This document shows positions 10,032 through 19,271 of a stretch of 61,959 nucleotides of DNA, in pieces (positions within the stretch are counted from its first letter, which is position 1; each line of letters opens with the position of its first letter). Where the stretch lies: positions 1 through 61,959 of the IMG/VR virus record IMGVR_UViG_3300005573_000100; one strand, written 5' to 3'. The stretch comes from a virus (lineage: Duplodnaviria; Caudoviricetes). The notes under the pieces were generated by a model. That model worked only from the letters and a program-made list of their open reading frames with translations. It did no database searches and was not told where the DNA came from. The translations under genes were made by a program, and so were the position numbers.

Positions 10032-10361
10032 TTAGTTTACAGGCTGTCTTCTTACCCACCACAAAATCTTTTTCAATACCACCTTACAATCTAAAGGATG
10101 ATCTTCCATTTCGAAATCGTCTGGTAATTCCTCCTTACGCAAGTAATCCTCCCATATAGCATAACATGGAAGCTGGTCATGACTAAACGGTGGATTCCCC
10201 TTAATGGGGCGAATACCCTTAGCTTTTGTATACTTAGAACAAGGACATTTCCTACACCCAAACGACTTACATAGATGGCATACATTAGGATCGCCATAAC
10301 TTTGTTGCTCTAAACATACCTGCAGAGCTTCAATATAATCTTTTTTCTCTTTGGCCTTCAT
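10032..10361 (-). CDS. Cys-rich hypothetical protein
   Basis: CHLCKSFGCRKCPC; ATGA overlap with upstream gene. Confidence 0.7.
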   Translation of the reverse strand: MKAKEKKDYIEALQVCLEQQSYGDPNVCHLCKSFGCRKCPCSKYTKAKGIRPIKGNPPFSHDQLPCYAIWEDYLRKEELPDDFEMEDHPLDCKVVLKKILWWVRRQPVN

Positions 10362-10765
10362 GCTTTCTCTCCCTCTTTTTTTCTGAAATTACCGTTTTCA
10401 TCATACAGTAAACGCCTAATCTCTTCTCGACGCTCCCTGATTTGGCGTTTTCTAAGTTTTATTTTTTCCTTTTCTTCAGGAGTGGCTCTTTTGCCTAGTT
10501 TTGAAAGTTTGTAGTCCAAATCCCTAGATTCATTGTCCAAACGATAATCTTCTCTAGCTAGCTTTTTCAGATGCTCAGGAAAGTCTTCAACATGCTCGTT
10601 CTCCAACATATTATTGAACGCCCTATAGCCCATAAAACACACTGATGTTGGATCAGCCTCGGCAATTTCCAAGGCTGTTATTGGCTCAAGCCCTTTTATT
10701 TTTCCAACTAATTCATTGTGGGCTTCCGCCATCTGTTTGAATTTTTCTTCTGGTTCCGGTTTCAT
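10358..10765 (-). CDS. Hypothetical coiled-coil protein
   Basis: Charged helical ORF in operon context. Confidence 0.7.
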   Translation of the reverse strand: MKPEPEEKFKQMAEAHNELVGKIKGLEPITALEIAEADPTSVCFMGYRAFNNMLENEHVEDFPEHLKKLAREDYRLDNESRDLDYKLSKLGKRATPEEKEKIKLRKRQIRERREEIRRLLYDENGNFRKKEGEKA

Positions 10766-11378
10766 CCTCTTTCTCCTTTCTTTGGTTATTGTTACCTGTA
10801 TCCACTTTTATCCAGTTATCATTTATCACACAGTTTAATACTCCATCCTTTATAGACCATGAACTAATTATTAAGTAATTCTTTAGTGTATCAAGAACCT
10901 CATGAAGGACTGGAATTGAAATACCATGTCTGTTACAAATAGTCGGCACATCAGTAATTCTATAGTAAATCTCAAGTAAAATCAACTTTGCGATATGTGA
11001 CAGGCATACAAAACGGGGTGAATCCCATACTGCAGAAGGAAGGACCAAATCGTGAGATACCCGAACAATAGGCTTTTTAAAATCAAAGGCTGGTTCTATC
11101 TTTATAGAGCCTAACTTAGCAATAATCTCGTTTGCCGACCCACACTGTAATTTATTACATAAAAATTTGAGAAATTTACTAGACATGGACCCAACTAAAG
11201 GGATTATTTTGTCTGGTTGGGTGTTGGCTATACGGACAACATTGGTTATCCAACAGTTTACAAGAACAGCGTCAGAGCAGTTCATACAATCTAATGTGCA
11301 ATTAGATGTAAGCAATAAAATACTCCTATTGGCATCAACATATGATTTCATAACCCTTCTAACATCATCCAAATTCAT
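10713..11378 (-). CDS. Hypothetical protein
   Basis: Start moved to MNLDD (11378), which gives an ATGA overlap with the RusA stop. Confidence 0.65.
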   Translation of the reverse strand: MNLDDVRRVMKSYVDANRSILLLTSNCTLDCMNCSDAVLVNCWITNVVRIANTQPDKIIPLVGSMSSKFLKFLCNKLQCGSANEIIAKLGSIKIEPAFDFKKPIVRVSHDLVLPSAVWDSPRFVCLSHIAKLILLEIYYRITDVPTICNRHGISIPVLHEVLDTLKNYLIISSWSIKDGVLNCVINDNWIKVDTGNNNQRKEKEDETGTRRKIQTDGGSPQ

Positions 11379-11842
11379 CCTAGTTTCTCCAATTGGGAAT
11401 ATATAATCCACATACCTGTCACATCCCAAGAATGTTGTTTATCTATAACCAACCTAAAATTAGCCATATCATCAATTCCTAAGATATTTTTAACAACATC
11501 TTCTACCAGCTTAATACAATTTGATATATCGTGTCTGCGGAATTTGCTTTTTGCCTTCTCTGTCTTTGTAAGCCACGGACCTACAAATACAAGATTTAGT
11601 AGGTATGTCATATTTTCTTCATTAGGGAATTCAGAAATCTCTTTGAAATAGTTTTGGGTCAGGTAGGAAGTTGCGTCAATAATAAATTTTCTGGCTTTTG
11701 GGGACAAAACTCTTCTTTTCTGGTCCCAAATGGTTATATACATCTCATTTGAAGTTGGAGGCCACATTGGAAGCCACATCTTAAGCGTTGAAACACTCTG
11801 ATTTTCCTTTGTTTTTTCAGTATTATCAAATTCTTCCCCCAT
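11375..11842 (-). CDS. rusA: RusA-family Holliday junction resolvase
   Basis: PPTSN...RRHDISNCIKLVEDVV..ILGIDD matches the RusA DxxNxxKxxxD...DD signature. Confidence 0.85.
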   Translation of the reverse strand: MGEEFDNTEKTKENQSVSTLKMWLPMWPPTSNEMYITIWDQKRRVLSPKARKFIIDATSYLTQNYFKEISEFPNEENMTYLLNLVFVGPWLTKTEKAKSKFRRHDISNCIKLVEDVVKNILGIDDMANFRLVIDKQHSWDVTGMWIIYSQLEKLG

Positions 11843-12314
11843 ATTTTTCTCCTTCCAAGTTTATTCCCCTCAAAGTTATCTCCCTGGATAGAGCTTTCAA
11901 ATAGCGAAGATAAATATCCTGTTTTGCTTCCAAAAGAGTGCAAGAGTTTTCAAGAAAAAGTAGGGTTTGATCTAGTTCTATGAACTCTGGGTCTGTCATC
12001 AAAGTATTATCAAACTCTGTTTTCGGCCCTTCGTACTTTCTCTCAAACGCCTTTTTAAAAAGTCTTATCTTGCGCTCTTGCTCATGCTTACGGGCTGTGA
12101 ATAAAGAAAGCTTAGAGTTTATATAGTTAGCCCACATAGTGAATTTGCTCATCAAAGAAGATAGCTCTCTAAGGTTTAACTCTCCAACATCTTTAGGAAA
12201 TACAGGTTCAGATTCATTTTCTGGAACCGGCTCTTCTACACGAAGACCCATAACACCAAATTCTTTGAAAATCTCTGCCTGAGCGTTGTAAAACGCCTTA
12301 ATATCCACAGTCAT
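11826..12314 (-). CDS. Helical protein, possibly UvsY-like recombination mediator
   Basis: Long coiled-coil with a DPEF turn, located among RecA, nuclease and resolvase genes; family call is inference. Confidence 0.4.
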   Translation of the reverse strand: MTVDIKAFYNAQAEIFKEFGVMGLRVEEPVPENESEPVFPKDVGELNLRELSSLMSKFTMWANYINSKLSLFTARKHEQERKIRLFKKAFERKYEGPKTEFDNTLMTDPEFIELDQTLLFLENSCTLLEAKQDIYLRYLKALSREITLRGINLEGEKYGGRI

Positions 12315-12320
12315 TGAAAA

Positions 12321-13193
12321 TCACTCTCCTTTCGGTCTTGGTGTTACGTACTCGTTTTTACTGCAGTACTTGTAATAAGAACAATACTTGTCGCAGTGGC
12401 CATAGAATGCCATTCTGTTTGGTGGGAAGCTACCTGATATTATACTCTTCCATACCTCATACGTAGTCTGAAGAAAAGATTCGAAATCTTCTACACCGAA
12501 CTTTACATCCTCTGACACGACCTTAGGATTTTTACCAAAAACCAGACAATCTACCCTAGCAGAAAATTTCCGTTTTTTCCTAAATGATTCAAGAAGAGGT
12601 CTTGGGATAGGACCTAATATGTTTTCTTTTATCTGTCTCATTACTGCGTAGCTATATCCTTGCATCTGTAGACTTCTTGAAAACTCTCCTTTACTCGGAC
12701 TTTTTTCTTTAGTCTTGTGATCTATTAGAATTAGTTCATTTGTTAATAGGTCTATTACTCCACTAAAATTTATCTTGTTCTGAGTAAATGGAAACGGCAT
12801 AAGGAATGGATACTCTACGCTCCAATCTGTAGGATACGGAAAAGTATATGGGGCTATTTTGTCAAAATACTCACCAAGAACAGCTGTTCCTAAATCGAGC
12901 ATTTCTCCATAGGAAGAATCCAACCAGTCGACAGAGTCTTTTTCAAAAGATAGCTCTTTTTCGTAGATCTCAAGAACTTGTGACAGACGCATGTCCTGGC
13001 GATGATACACCTTAAATCTATAGTTATGTTCAAGAGCCGCATGCACAGCTGTCCCGCGAAGCAAATAATATGTCTTTGGCGGATCAGGAATTTCAGGACA
13101 AAGATACTTATAATAATAGAATCTTCCGCATTTCAAATAGTCCTGGACCTGAGTTGTACTAAGCACTGGTATTTCCAAAAATACCACCCCCAA
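12321..13193 (-). CDS. PD-(D/E)XK exonuclease (RecB/Cas4-like)
   Basis: LS.TQ...Y..C, RGTAVH, VE.PF, SGVIDLL, IDHKT, Q..GY, C-terminal C..CSY...C. Confidence 0.88.
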   Translation of the reverse strand: MGVVFLEIPVLSTTQVQDYLKCGRFYYYKYLCPEIPDPPKTYYLLRGTAVHAALEHNYRFKVYHRQDMRLSQVLEIYEKELSFEKDSVDWLDSSYGEMLDLGTAVLGEYFDKIAPYTFPYPTDWSVEYPFLMPFPFTQNKINFSGVIDLLTNELILIDHKTKEKSPSKGEFSRSLQMQGYSYAVMRQIKENILGPIPRPLLESFRKKRKFSARVDCLVFGKNPKVVSEDVKFGVEDFESFLQTTYEVWKSIISGSFPPNRMAFYGHCDKYCSYYKYCSKNEYVTPRPKGE

Positions 13194-13661
13194 TCAGTAT
13201 TTAGATAGATACTCTAATACTAAACGCATAACTTCATTAATGTCGAACAGCTTACCTGGGCAAGATTTAGGAGCGAAATCTCTATGCCCATATATAGAGT
13301 TAATATCAAGTTTGAACACAATTAACAGATTGGCGACTAGCTCTGCAAGTTTTGCATACATCTTAAAAGTAGGTGAAACAATGTCGTAGTTTCCAACACA
13401 GCATATCCCAATACTGTTCTCATTCTGGCCAATAGTATGAGCACCAACAGACAGCAAAGGACGGCCGACAAGTATCTCTAGGTTATTATCGATAAGCTCA
13501 ATGCCGAAATGATAGCCAATATCCGACCATCCATTAGTGTTTATATGATAGTTCCTTATTGCCTGCCAACTAACAGTCTTACCATCTTCGGTCAAACTGT
13601 GGTGGATTATGATCTTATTTGTCGTTGCTCTTTTCTTAATTTTTGCTACTTCATTAGTCAT
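13194..13661 (-). CDS. N-acetylmuramoyl-L-alanine amidase (Amidase_2, T7 lysozyme-like)
   Basis: IIIHHS, GWSDIGYHF, GRP..VGAH..GQN.NSIGIC..GNY, YGHRDF.PKSCPG. Confidence 0.93.
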   Translation of the reverse strand: MTNEVAKIKKRATTNKIIIHHSLTEDGKTVSWQAIRNYHINTNGWSDIGYHFGIELIDNNLEILVGRPLLSVGAHTIGQNENSIGICCVGNYDIVSPTFKMYAKLAELVANLLIVFKLDINSIYGHRDFAPKSCPGKLFDINEVMRLVLEYLSKY

Positions 13662-13680
13662 GGTAAATTCTCCTTTTTAG

Positions 13681-14775
13681 TTATTTTACACTATCAACCT
13701 TTCTTTTATTACTCCAGAACTCAACAACCTTCTTATGTATCTCTTCACGTATATCTGGCTGTTCCATCAAATACTTGTCCAAAGATGCTTGACCATGAAA
13801 ACTCCTACCTGCATATTCATAGTATGCCCCAGATCTCGTAATGACATTGGCTTTGCACGCTTCCTGACGCACATCCTTGATGTAATCTATTTCTCCAGCC
13901 TTAAATGGAGGATTATCCTTGATATAAAAATCAAAATTCCCATCAGAATGCTCAAGACAATTAGAGATTTTACTTTTAGTTATGATGAATCTAACAGCTA
14001 TTCCAACAACCTCGTCTTCCTCGCTCCTTATCAGATCCTGTCGTATAAACTTTATTGACAGGTTCTTGAAATGCCTAAGACCTCTTCCACCTGGGGTGTA
14101 CTCAAGTTCATCTGGAGAATAGTCCCAACCAAGACCGAACTGAACTCTAACCTGATTTATGAGAATAACAGATGTTTGGTTAGGATCCGATCCTTTTCCC
14201 AAAGTGTTTATAACTTTACGAAGGAATGTATTCAATAAAGATACAGGAGCTATATAGCGTTTACCTATCTGACTTTTCGCTTCGGTTTCAGCTGTAAGTG
14301 CAGGAACAGAGTCAAGTATAACCAATGAAAATTTCCTGCTTGTAATCATCCGAAAAGCTACCTCTAATGCATCTTCAGCCTTGTTAGGATAAACCACATT
14401 TAGTCTATCATCGAGAGGGACGCCTAATTTCCTAGCCCAATCTTCAGATACAGGAGATTCCATGCACACATAACCGACACATGCATCTGATAGCTGTTTC
14501 ATGGCCGATGAAGCGCACTTTAGAGCTATGGAAGTCTTACCAACACTTTCAGGACCCCAAAATTCTATAATAGCTGCCTTAGGCAAACCTCCACCGAGAG
14601 TCACATCGAGAGCTAATATACCTGTATTAATTCTGGTGAGTTCTGGAGCATTTGCGATGTCATTACCAGACAAAACACAAATCTCTCTCTTCTCGACGTC
14701 CAGTTTTCCTAGCCAATCAAACTTTTTGTGTGTCTCTTCCAAGAGAACCTCCACACATAGGGCAGTAATAGTCAT
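13681..14775 (-). CDS. recA: RecA/UvsX recombinase
   Basis: TGILALDVTLGGGLP, GPESVGKTS (Walker A), VILDSVPAL, ILINQVR, TPGGRGL, SGAYY. Confidence 0.95.
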   Translation of the reverse strand: MTITALCVEVLLEETHKKFDWLGKLDVEKREICVLSGNDIANAPELTRINTGILALDVTLGGGLPKAAIIEFWGPESVGKTSIALKCASSAMKQLSDACVGYVCMESPVSEDWARKLGVPLDDRLNVVYPNKAEDALEVAFRMITSRKFSLVILDSVPALTAETEAKSQIGKRYIAPVSLLNTFLRKVINTLGKGSDPNQTSVILINQVRVQFGLGWDYSPDELEYTPGGRGLRHFKNLSIKFIRQDLIRSEEDEVVGIAVRFIITKSKISNCLEHSDGNFDFYIKDNPPFKAGEIDYIKDVRQEACKANVITRSGAYYEYAGRSFHGQASLDKYLMEQPDIREEIHKKVVEFWSNKRKVDSVK

Positions 14776-15028
14776 CGCCCCGTTTTATCAGGTGGTTGCC
14801 ACAACTGCTACATTTTTTTCCTTTTTCTTGGACAAATTGGTAGTGGCATCTTGGACAATCTTTGACGATCAACAATTCTCGATTAGAATTAAGCTTTGTT
14901 ATCCAATCTAGCATTTTCCCACCTATATCTCTTTCCATAAGTTTAGAACCTGCGTCTATCAATTTGATTAGCACAGGAACTAAGCCATAAGGTATCCTCA
15001 AAAGTACTTCAGTATCTTTCTTTATCAT
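14717..15028 (-). CDS. Zinc-ribbon protein
   Basis: CPRC, CSSC and CPMC pairs. Confidence 0.65.
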   Translation of the reverse strand: MIKKDTEVLLRIPYGLVPVLIKLIDAGSKLMERDIGGKMLDWITKLNSNRELLIVKDCPRCHYQFVQEKGKKCSSCGNHLIKRGDDYYCPMCGGSLGRDTQKV

Positions 15029-15030
15029 AA

Positions 15031-15357
15031 CTATTCCCCTTGTTCAGAACTAGAAACAGATTGCTCCTTAACATCTGGCTGTTTCTCGCGGGATGGTAAA
15101 GAGCAGAAATACCACAGCATCTTGAATCTTTTAATTAAATCTTTGAACAAAAGTTTAATAACAGAAATTCTCACGCTTCCAGGTTCTGTTTCCAATTTCT
15201 TCAGAATAGCTACATTTTCCTTATGAATCTGCAGCATAAAACTGGCGCAACAATTCACTGCAGATGATCTCCATGAATGAACACGCCCACAGAATGGGCA
15301 ACTCTTCTCACCTCTAACCATCCAGTTCGATTCCCCGCATCTACCATTTGCACTCAT
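15031..15357 (-). CDS. Hypothetical protein with CPFC motif
   Basis: AGGAG RBS; CPFCGRVH...CC. Confidence 0.65.
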   Translation of the reverse strand: MSANGRCGESNWMVRGEKSCPFCGRVHSWRSSAVNCCASFMLQIHKENVAILKKLETEPGSVRISVIKLLFKDLIKRFKMLWYFCSLPSREKQPDVKEQSVSSSEQGE

Positions 15358-15382
15358 TGTTTACTCTCCTTTCTTTATTTTA

Positions 15383-17203
15383 TTATTTTCTATCACTCCA
15401 TCTATAAATCTTCTGAATGTCAACATTCAAAGGAACCGTCAGGTTAATACCTACCTGTTCCAAACTATTAGTCATAATATGTTTTATTCTATCTAAAACT
15501 TTGTCTGTAACCTTATCGCACGGTGCTTCGAACAGCAACTCATCATGAATCTGTAGAAGCATTCTTACTCCATACTCGCTAAGCTCCTGGTCGGACTCCA
15601 GAGAGATCATACTCATACGAAGTACATCAGCTACACCGGCCTGTGGACCTGTATTCACAGCCTGTCGTTCACCTTCCGCCTTAGTGTTAAACGAACTTGA
15701 AAATAGCTCCATAATATCCCTATGACGACCTAGTAATGTATAGAATTTACCGCCATTCTGTTTGACTATATAGGGGATATTTTCAATATACTTATGCAAC
15801 AAGGGAAATACCTTAAAGTATCTGTCCAAAAGATTTTCTGCTTCTGCCGAAGTTGTGGGTATACCCCCTTCGGTTAGTTCCACAGCTAACCTCTTAGCAC
15901 TCATCCCATAATTAGTGGCAAGAACCAACCTCTTTATCCTTTCACGCATCGCTTTAGTTATCTTATCTGGTGGAACACCAAACACTTCGGATCCTATAGC
16001 AGTGTACACATCTTTTTGCATAACTGATTTTATTAGTGCCGGGTCGCCTGATATATGGGCTATTAGTCTTACCTCAGCCTGACTAAGATCAGCGTCGATA
16101 AGACATTTATCTTTGTCGGCAATAAATGCGGAACGAATCTTATATTGGTCCTTCTGTTTTGGAAAGTTTTGTGTATTGGGGTTAGACGCTGAAAGCCTTC
16201 CCGTCCTAGCGTTAGTCTGATTAAATGTTGGATACAACCTACCGCCTGTCAGATTTACTTTTTCTATTAAACCCGTCACATAAGTACTAAGTAATTTAGA
16301 CAATTTCCGGTGTTCCAAAATGCGGTCTACGAGTTTGTACCCTTTACTTGCTAGGTCTTTTAGTACATCTTCATTAGTAGATAAGAACTTACCTCCAGGG
16401 GTTTTAGCTGAAGATACAATGCCAAGATCATTAAACAAAAATTTAGCCAACTGTTGGTGCGACCGTAAATTTATAGGTCTTCCAGCCGCAGCGTTTATCT
16501 CCTCTTCAATCTGACTTATCTTTTCGTTTAGAGTTTTTCCAAGCTCTACTAAATACTGGACATCTACTTTAATACCCCTACGCTCCATATTAAAAAGAAC
16601 AAGAGTAAATTTAGATTCTATTTCGCAGTAATAGTCCCAAAGCGTTTTACCTTCCTTAAGTATCCATGGAAAACTTTTTAGTTTATCTCTGAGAATTGGA
16701 AAAACGGTCGCTGTCAAAAATGCATCTCTTGATGCGTACTCAAAGCTTAGTTCAAGATCAGACAAAAATGGATTTTTAGGACTAAATATTTTTGCATAAG
16801 ACTTCTTTCCTTCTCCAAGATACTGTTCAGCAACAGCATCCAAACTGAACTTATCGTTGACACAAATCAACCAAGCCATTACCATCGTATCCCAAATAGG
16901 TCCTTTCAGAAAATACCCATGATTAGCCAAAACATGTAAATCATACTTGGCATTATGAAACACCTTGGGAATTTGGGGATCTTCGAGAAGACCCTTAACT
17001 ACAGGCAGCATCTCAGGTGAAACTACTTGTCTTCTCTCACCGTCGCTGATTGTAACCAGAACAATCTTGTCGAGTAGAGGGGTGTAATCCATTTTTATGG
17101 AATCGCCTGTAGTCTCGGTATCTATAGCCAAAAACTCTTTTGGAGTTAATAGCTCAGATTTATCCCTCAGTATTTCCACTTTTGGGAACAACATACCACA
17201 CAC
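15383..17203 (-). CDS. polA: Family A DNA polymerase (3'-5' exonuclease + polymerase, no 5' nuclease)
   Basis: IDTETTG, FHNAKYD, DTM, YASRDA; TGRLSASNPNTQN, ADLSQAEVR, K...LATNYG, AVN..PQ, QIHDEL. Confidence 0.96.
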   Translation of the reverse strand: MCGMLFPKVEILRDKSELLTPKEFLAIDTETTGDSIKMDYTPLLDKIVLVTISDGERRQVVSPEMLPVVKGLLEDPQIPKVFHNAKYDLHVLANHGYFLKGPIWDTMVMAWLICVNDKFSLDAVAEQYLGEGKKSYAKIFSPKNPFLSDLELSFEYASRDAFLTATVFPILRDKLKSFPWILKEGKTLWDYYCEIESKFTLVLFNMERRGIKVDVQYLVELGKTLNEKISQIEEEINAAAGRPINLRSHQQLAKFLFNDLGIVSSAKTPGGKFLSTNEDVLKDLASKGYKLVDRILEHRKLSKLLSTYVTGLIEKVNLTGGRLYPTFNQTNARTGRLSASNPNTQNFPKQKDQYKIRSAFIADKDKCLIDADLSQAEVRLIAHISGDPALIKSVMQKDVYTAIGSEVFGVPPDKITKAMRERIKRLVLATNYGMSAKRLAVELTEGGIPTTSAEAENLLDRYFKVFPLLHKYIENIPYIVKQNGGKFYTLLGRHRDIMELFSSSFNTKAEGERQAVNTGPQAGVADVLRMSMISLESDQELSEYGVRMLLQIHDELLFEAPCDKVTDKVLDRIKHIMTNSLEQVGINLTVPLNVDIQKIYRWSDRK

Positions 17204-17209
17204 CCTTGG

Positions 17210-18313
17210 TTAGTATGGAATATCCTCTTCAGACTCTGGAAAGTTTATCGGCAAATCCCCATCTGGCACATTGCTTTTATTATGGACCCCTGGATAAGAA
17301 GGCATAGTCCTCTGTGGTGGTTGTGGAGGTGTAGATGGCACACCACCAACTGGTTGCCCGAAGCTGGCGTAGGACGGACCATAATCAGCTGGAGACGCAA
17401 ACGGATTGGGAATTCCAAGTATACTGGCTTGTTTATCAAGAGAAGGTGGTTTGCACATATTAGCCAAGTCGCTTGGTTTGTTCAATTCATCTAAAAACTC
17501 CTTTGGTATTGGCATTACGCTGTTCTCAACCTTGTTAACAACAAGCGTCCAGTAAGATGCCCCAGATTTTCCCAACTGTTTAATCTTTTGGACTTTCAGG
17601 TCAACATCATGTATCCCCGCTCTCATTGGATTCTTACATCTTGAAGAACACTCTATAGTCTCTACAGGAACAACTTTTTTCCTACAAGACGGGCATATAG
17701 CTGATGTGGCAACAATCCTAGCCAGATCAATAGGTTTAACAAGTGGGAGTTTATCGGGTGGGAAAATATCAGCCTTACACTCAGGACACATCAAAGCTTT
17801 CACCCGTATAGCACCAACGCCACATGTCCGGCAGAATAAATTCATTTCAAGATGATGTTGAAAGATTGCTTGCAAGTAAAACGGAGGTAGCTGCCAGACT
17901 TTTCTACCTGCCCACACCGGTCTATTGCCTTGATTACATAATGAACATGCTGTTCCGTATCTTGGGTCCGCTGTGCAGTAATATATCTGTTCTCCTTGGA
18001 TACCCATATCCAGCACATGCATTTTTCTCAAATCAAGTATTTCATACAAAGCTACTTTTCTTGTATTGACCCGCTTATCCCCACGGTTTACAAGATAGCA
18101 ACCTATACATTTTCCTTCTGGGTCTGACTTCGCAGAGCACGGAAAAGACCTGAATTTACCGTTGATAAACGCTGTGTGCTGTAAGAAACGATACGGAGGA
18201 AAAGGCAATATCCTCACGACTGCTTCTTGGTTACTATCCAACCTAAAAAAATTGCCGAACCCTGACGATTCCCCTTCCAACATGTCCTTCACACCGCTAG
18301 TAAATGTGTCCAT
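17210..18313 (-). CDS. Putative ssDNA-binding protein (gp32-like) with several Zn-finger pairs
   Basis: FFRL...VVRILP...QH N-terminus; several CxxC pairs; acidic tail EEDIPY; lies between primase and PolA. Confidence 0.6.
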   Translation of the reverse strand: MDTFTSGVKDMLEGESSGFGNFFRLDSNQEAVVRILPFPPYRFLQHTAFINGKFRSFPCSAKSDPEGKCIGCYLVNRGDKRVNTRKVALYEILDLRKMHVLDMGIQGEQIYYCTADPRYGTACSLCNQGNRPVWAGRKVWQLPPFYLQAIFQHHLEMNLFCRTCGVGAIRVKALMCPECKADIFPPDKLPLVKPIDLARIVATSAICPSCRKKVVPVETIECSSRCKNPMRAGIHDVDLKVQKIKQLGKSGASYWTLVVNKVENSVMPIPKEFLDELNKPSDLANMCKPPSLDKQASILGIPNPFASPADYGPSYASFGQPVGGVPSTPPQPPQRTMPSYPGVHNKSNVPDGDLPINFPESEEDIPY

Positions 18314-18338
18314 CTTTCTTTCTCCTTTCTCTTTTTAT

Positions 18339-19271
18339 TTAATTATTTAACACAGGATCCAAAATATCCTTAAGTTCAGCCTTACTAAAATCATCTGGCT
18401 GTTCTTTAGTCATATTAGGAGTTACCACATCATCAACTATACCATAATTCTGCAAAAATGTGACAATTTTTTTAGAACCATTCCTTCCAGCTGGATTATT
18501 ATCAAGAAAAAGCACAAATCTATTAGTAAGCGACGACAGAAGATTGGCTTGCTCTTTAGTCATACTGCTACCCATTAGAGCACATGTGTCTTCCCAACCA
18601 TGTTGTAATAACCACAAACATGCTTTGAAACCTTCCACAATAATTATTTTGGGTTGAATACTGGAATTGTAATACTTTGAGTAAATGTTGTTGAAATTAT
18701 ACAGGTGATGACCCTTATAAAAATTGTAATTTGGGTAGCTCTCTTTTAATATGGAAGTATAAGCCATATATCTAGGTTCGACATCTGAGAAAACTGTCCT
18801 TCCAACAATTCCAACTAATTCTCCTTTATAAGAGCGTATAGGAAAAACAACCCGCATGTTTATTCTGTCAAATCCAACTTGATGTTTTATTAAAAGCATC
18901 GGATCAAATCCTTTGTCGAGCAGTAGTTTTGGAACTATCCTATACGACGCTAGAATACTTTCTGGTAGAACAAGAAGCTCGTCTTTCTTGATATTTTCAG
19001 ATGGCGGCAAAATTCTATCCGGGATATGCGTCTCCACCCAATTTAGTTCCTGCAAAAGGTCTTCCCAGAAACCATGAGCTCCACACCTAAAACATATCCA
19101 TTTTCCAGTCTTAAGAAATATATATAAATGTTTATGCTTTTTATCACCGTGAAAAGGGCATTTGATTACTATGGATTTAGGATGGTGGAAGTCAGTGCCA
19201 GAATAACCAAAGTCGTTGACATATGCTCTAACTGTGGCATCCACGAATGTAAATGGTTGAGGAAAAAACAT
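18339..19271 (-). CDS. dnaG: DNA primase (CHC2 zinc finger + TOPRIM)
   Basis: CPFH...CFRC; RVVFPI..GELVGIVGR; IIVEGF; LFLDNNPAG. Confidence 0.92.
   Translation of the reverse strand: MFFPQPFTFVDATVRAYVNDFGYSGTDFHHPKSIVIKCPFHGDKKHKHLYIFLKTGKWICFRCGAHGFWEDLLQELNWVETHIPDRILPPSENIKKDELLVLPESILASYRIVPKLLLDKGFDPMLLIKHQVGFDRINMRVVFPIRSYKGELVGIVGRTVFSDVEPRYMAYTSILKESYPNYNFYKGHHLYNFNNIYSKYYNSSIQPKIIIVEGFKACLWLLQHGWEDTCALMGSSMTKEQANLLSSLTNRFVLFLDNNPAGRNGSKKIVTFLQNYGIVDDVVTPNMTKEQPDDFSKAELKDILDPVLNN

Noticed and set aside
12321-13193. CRISPR-associated Cas4 / CRISPR array
   Set aside because: No repeat-spacer array or other cas genes seen; context is recombination
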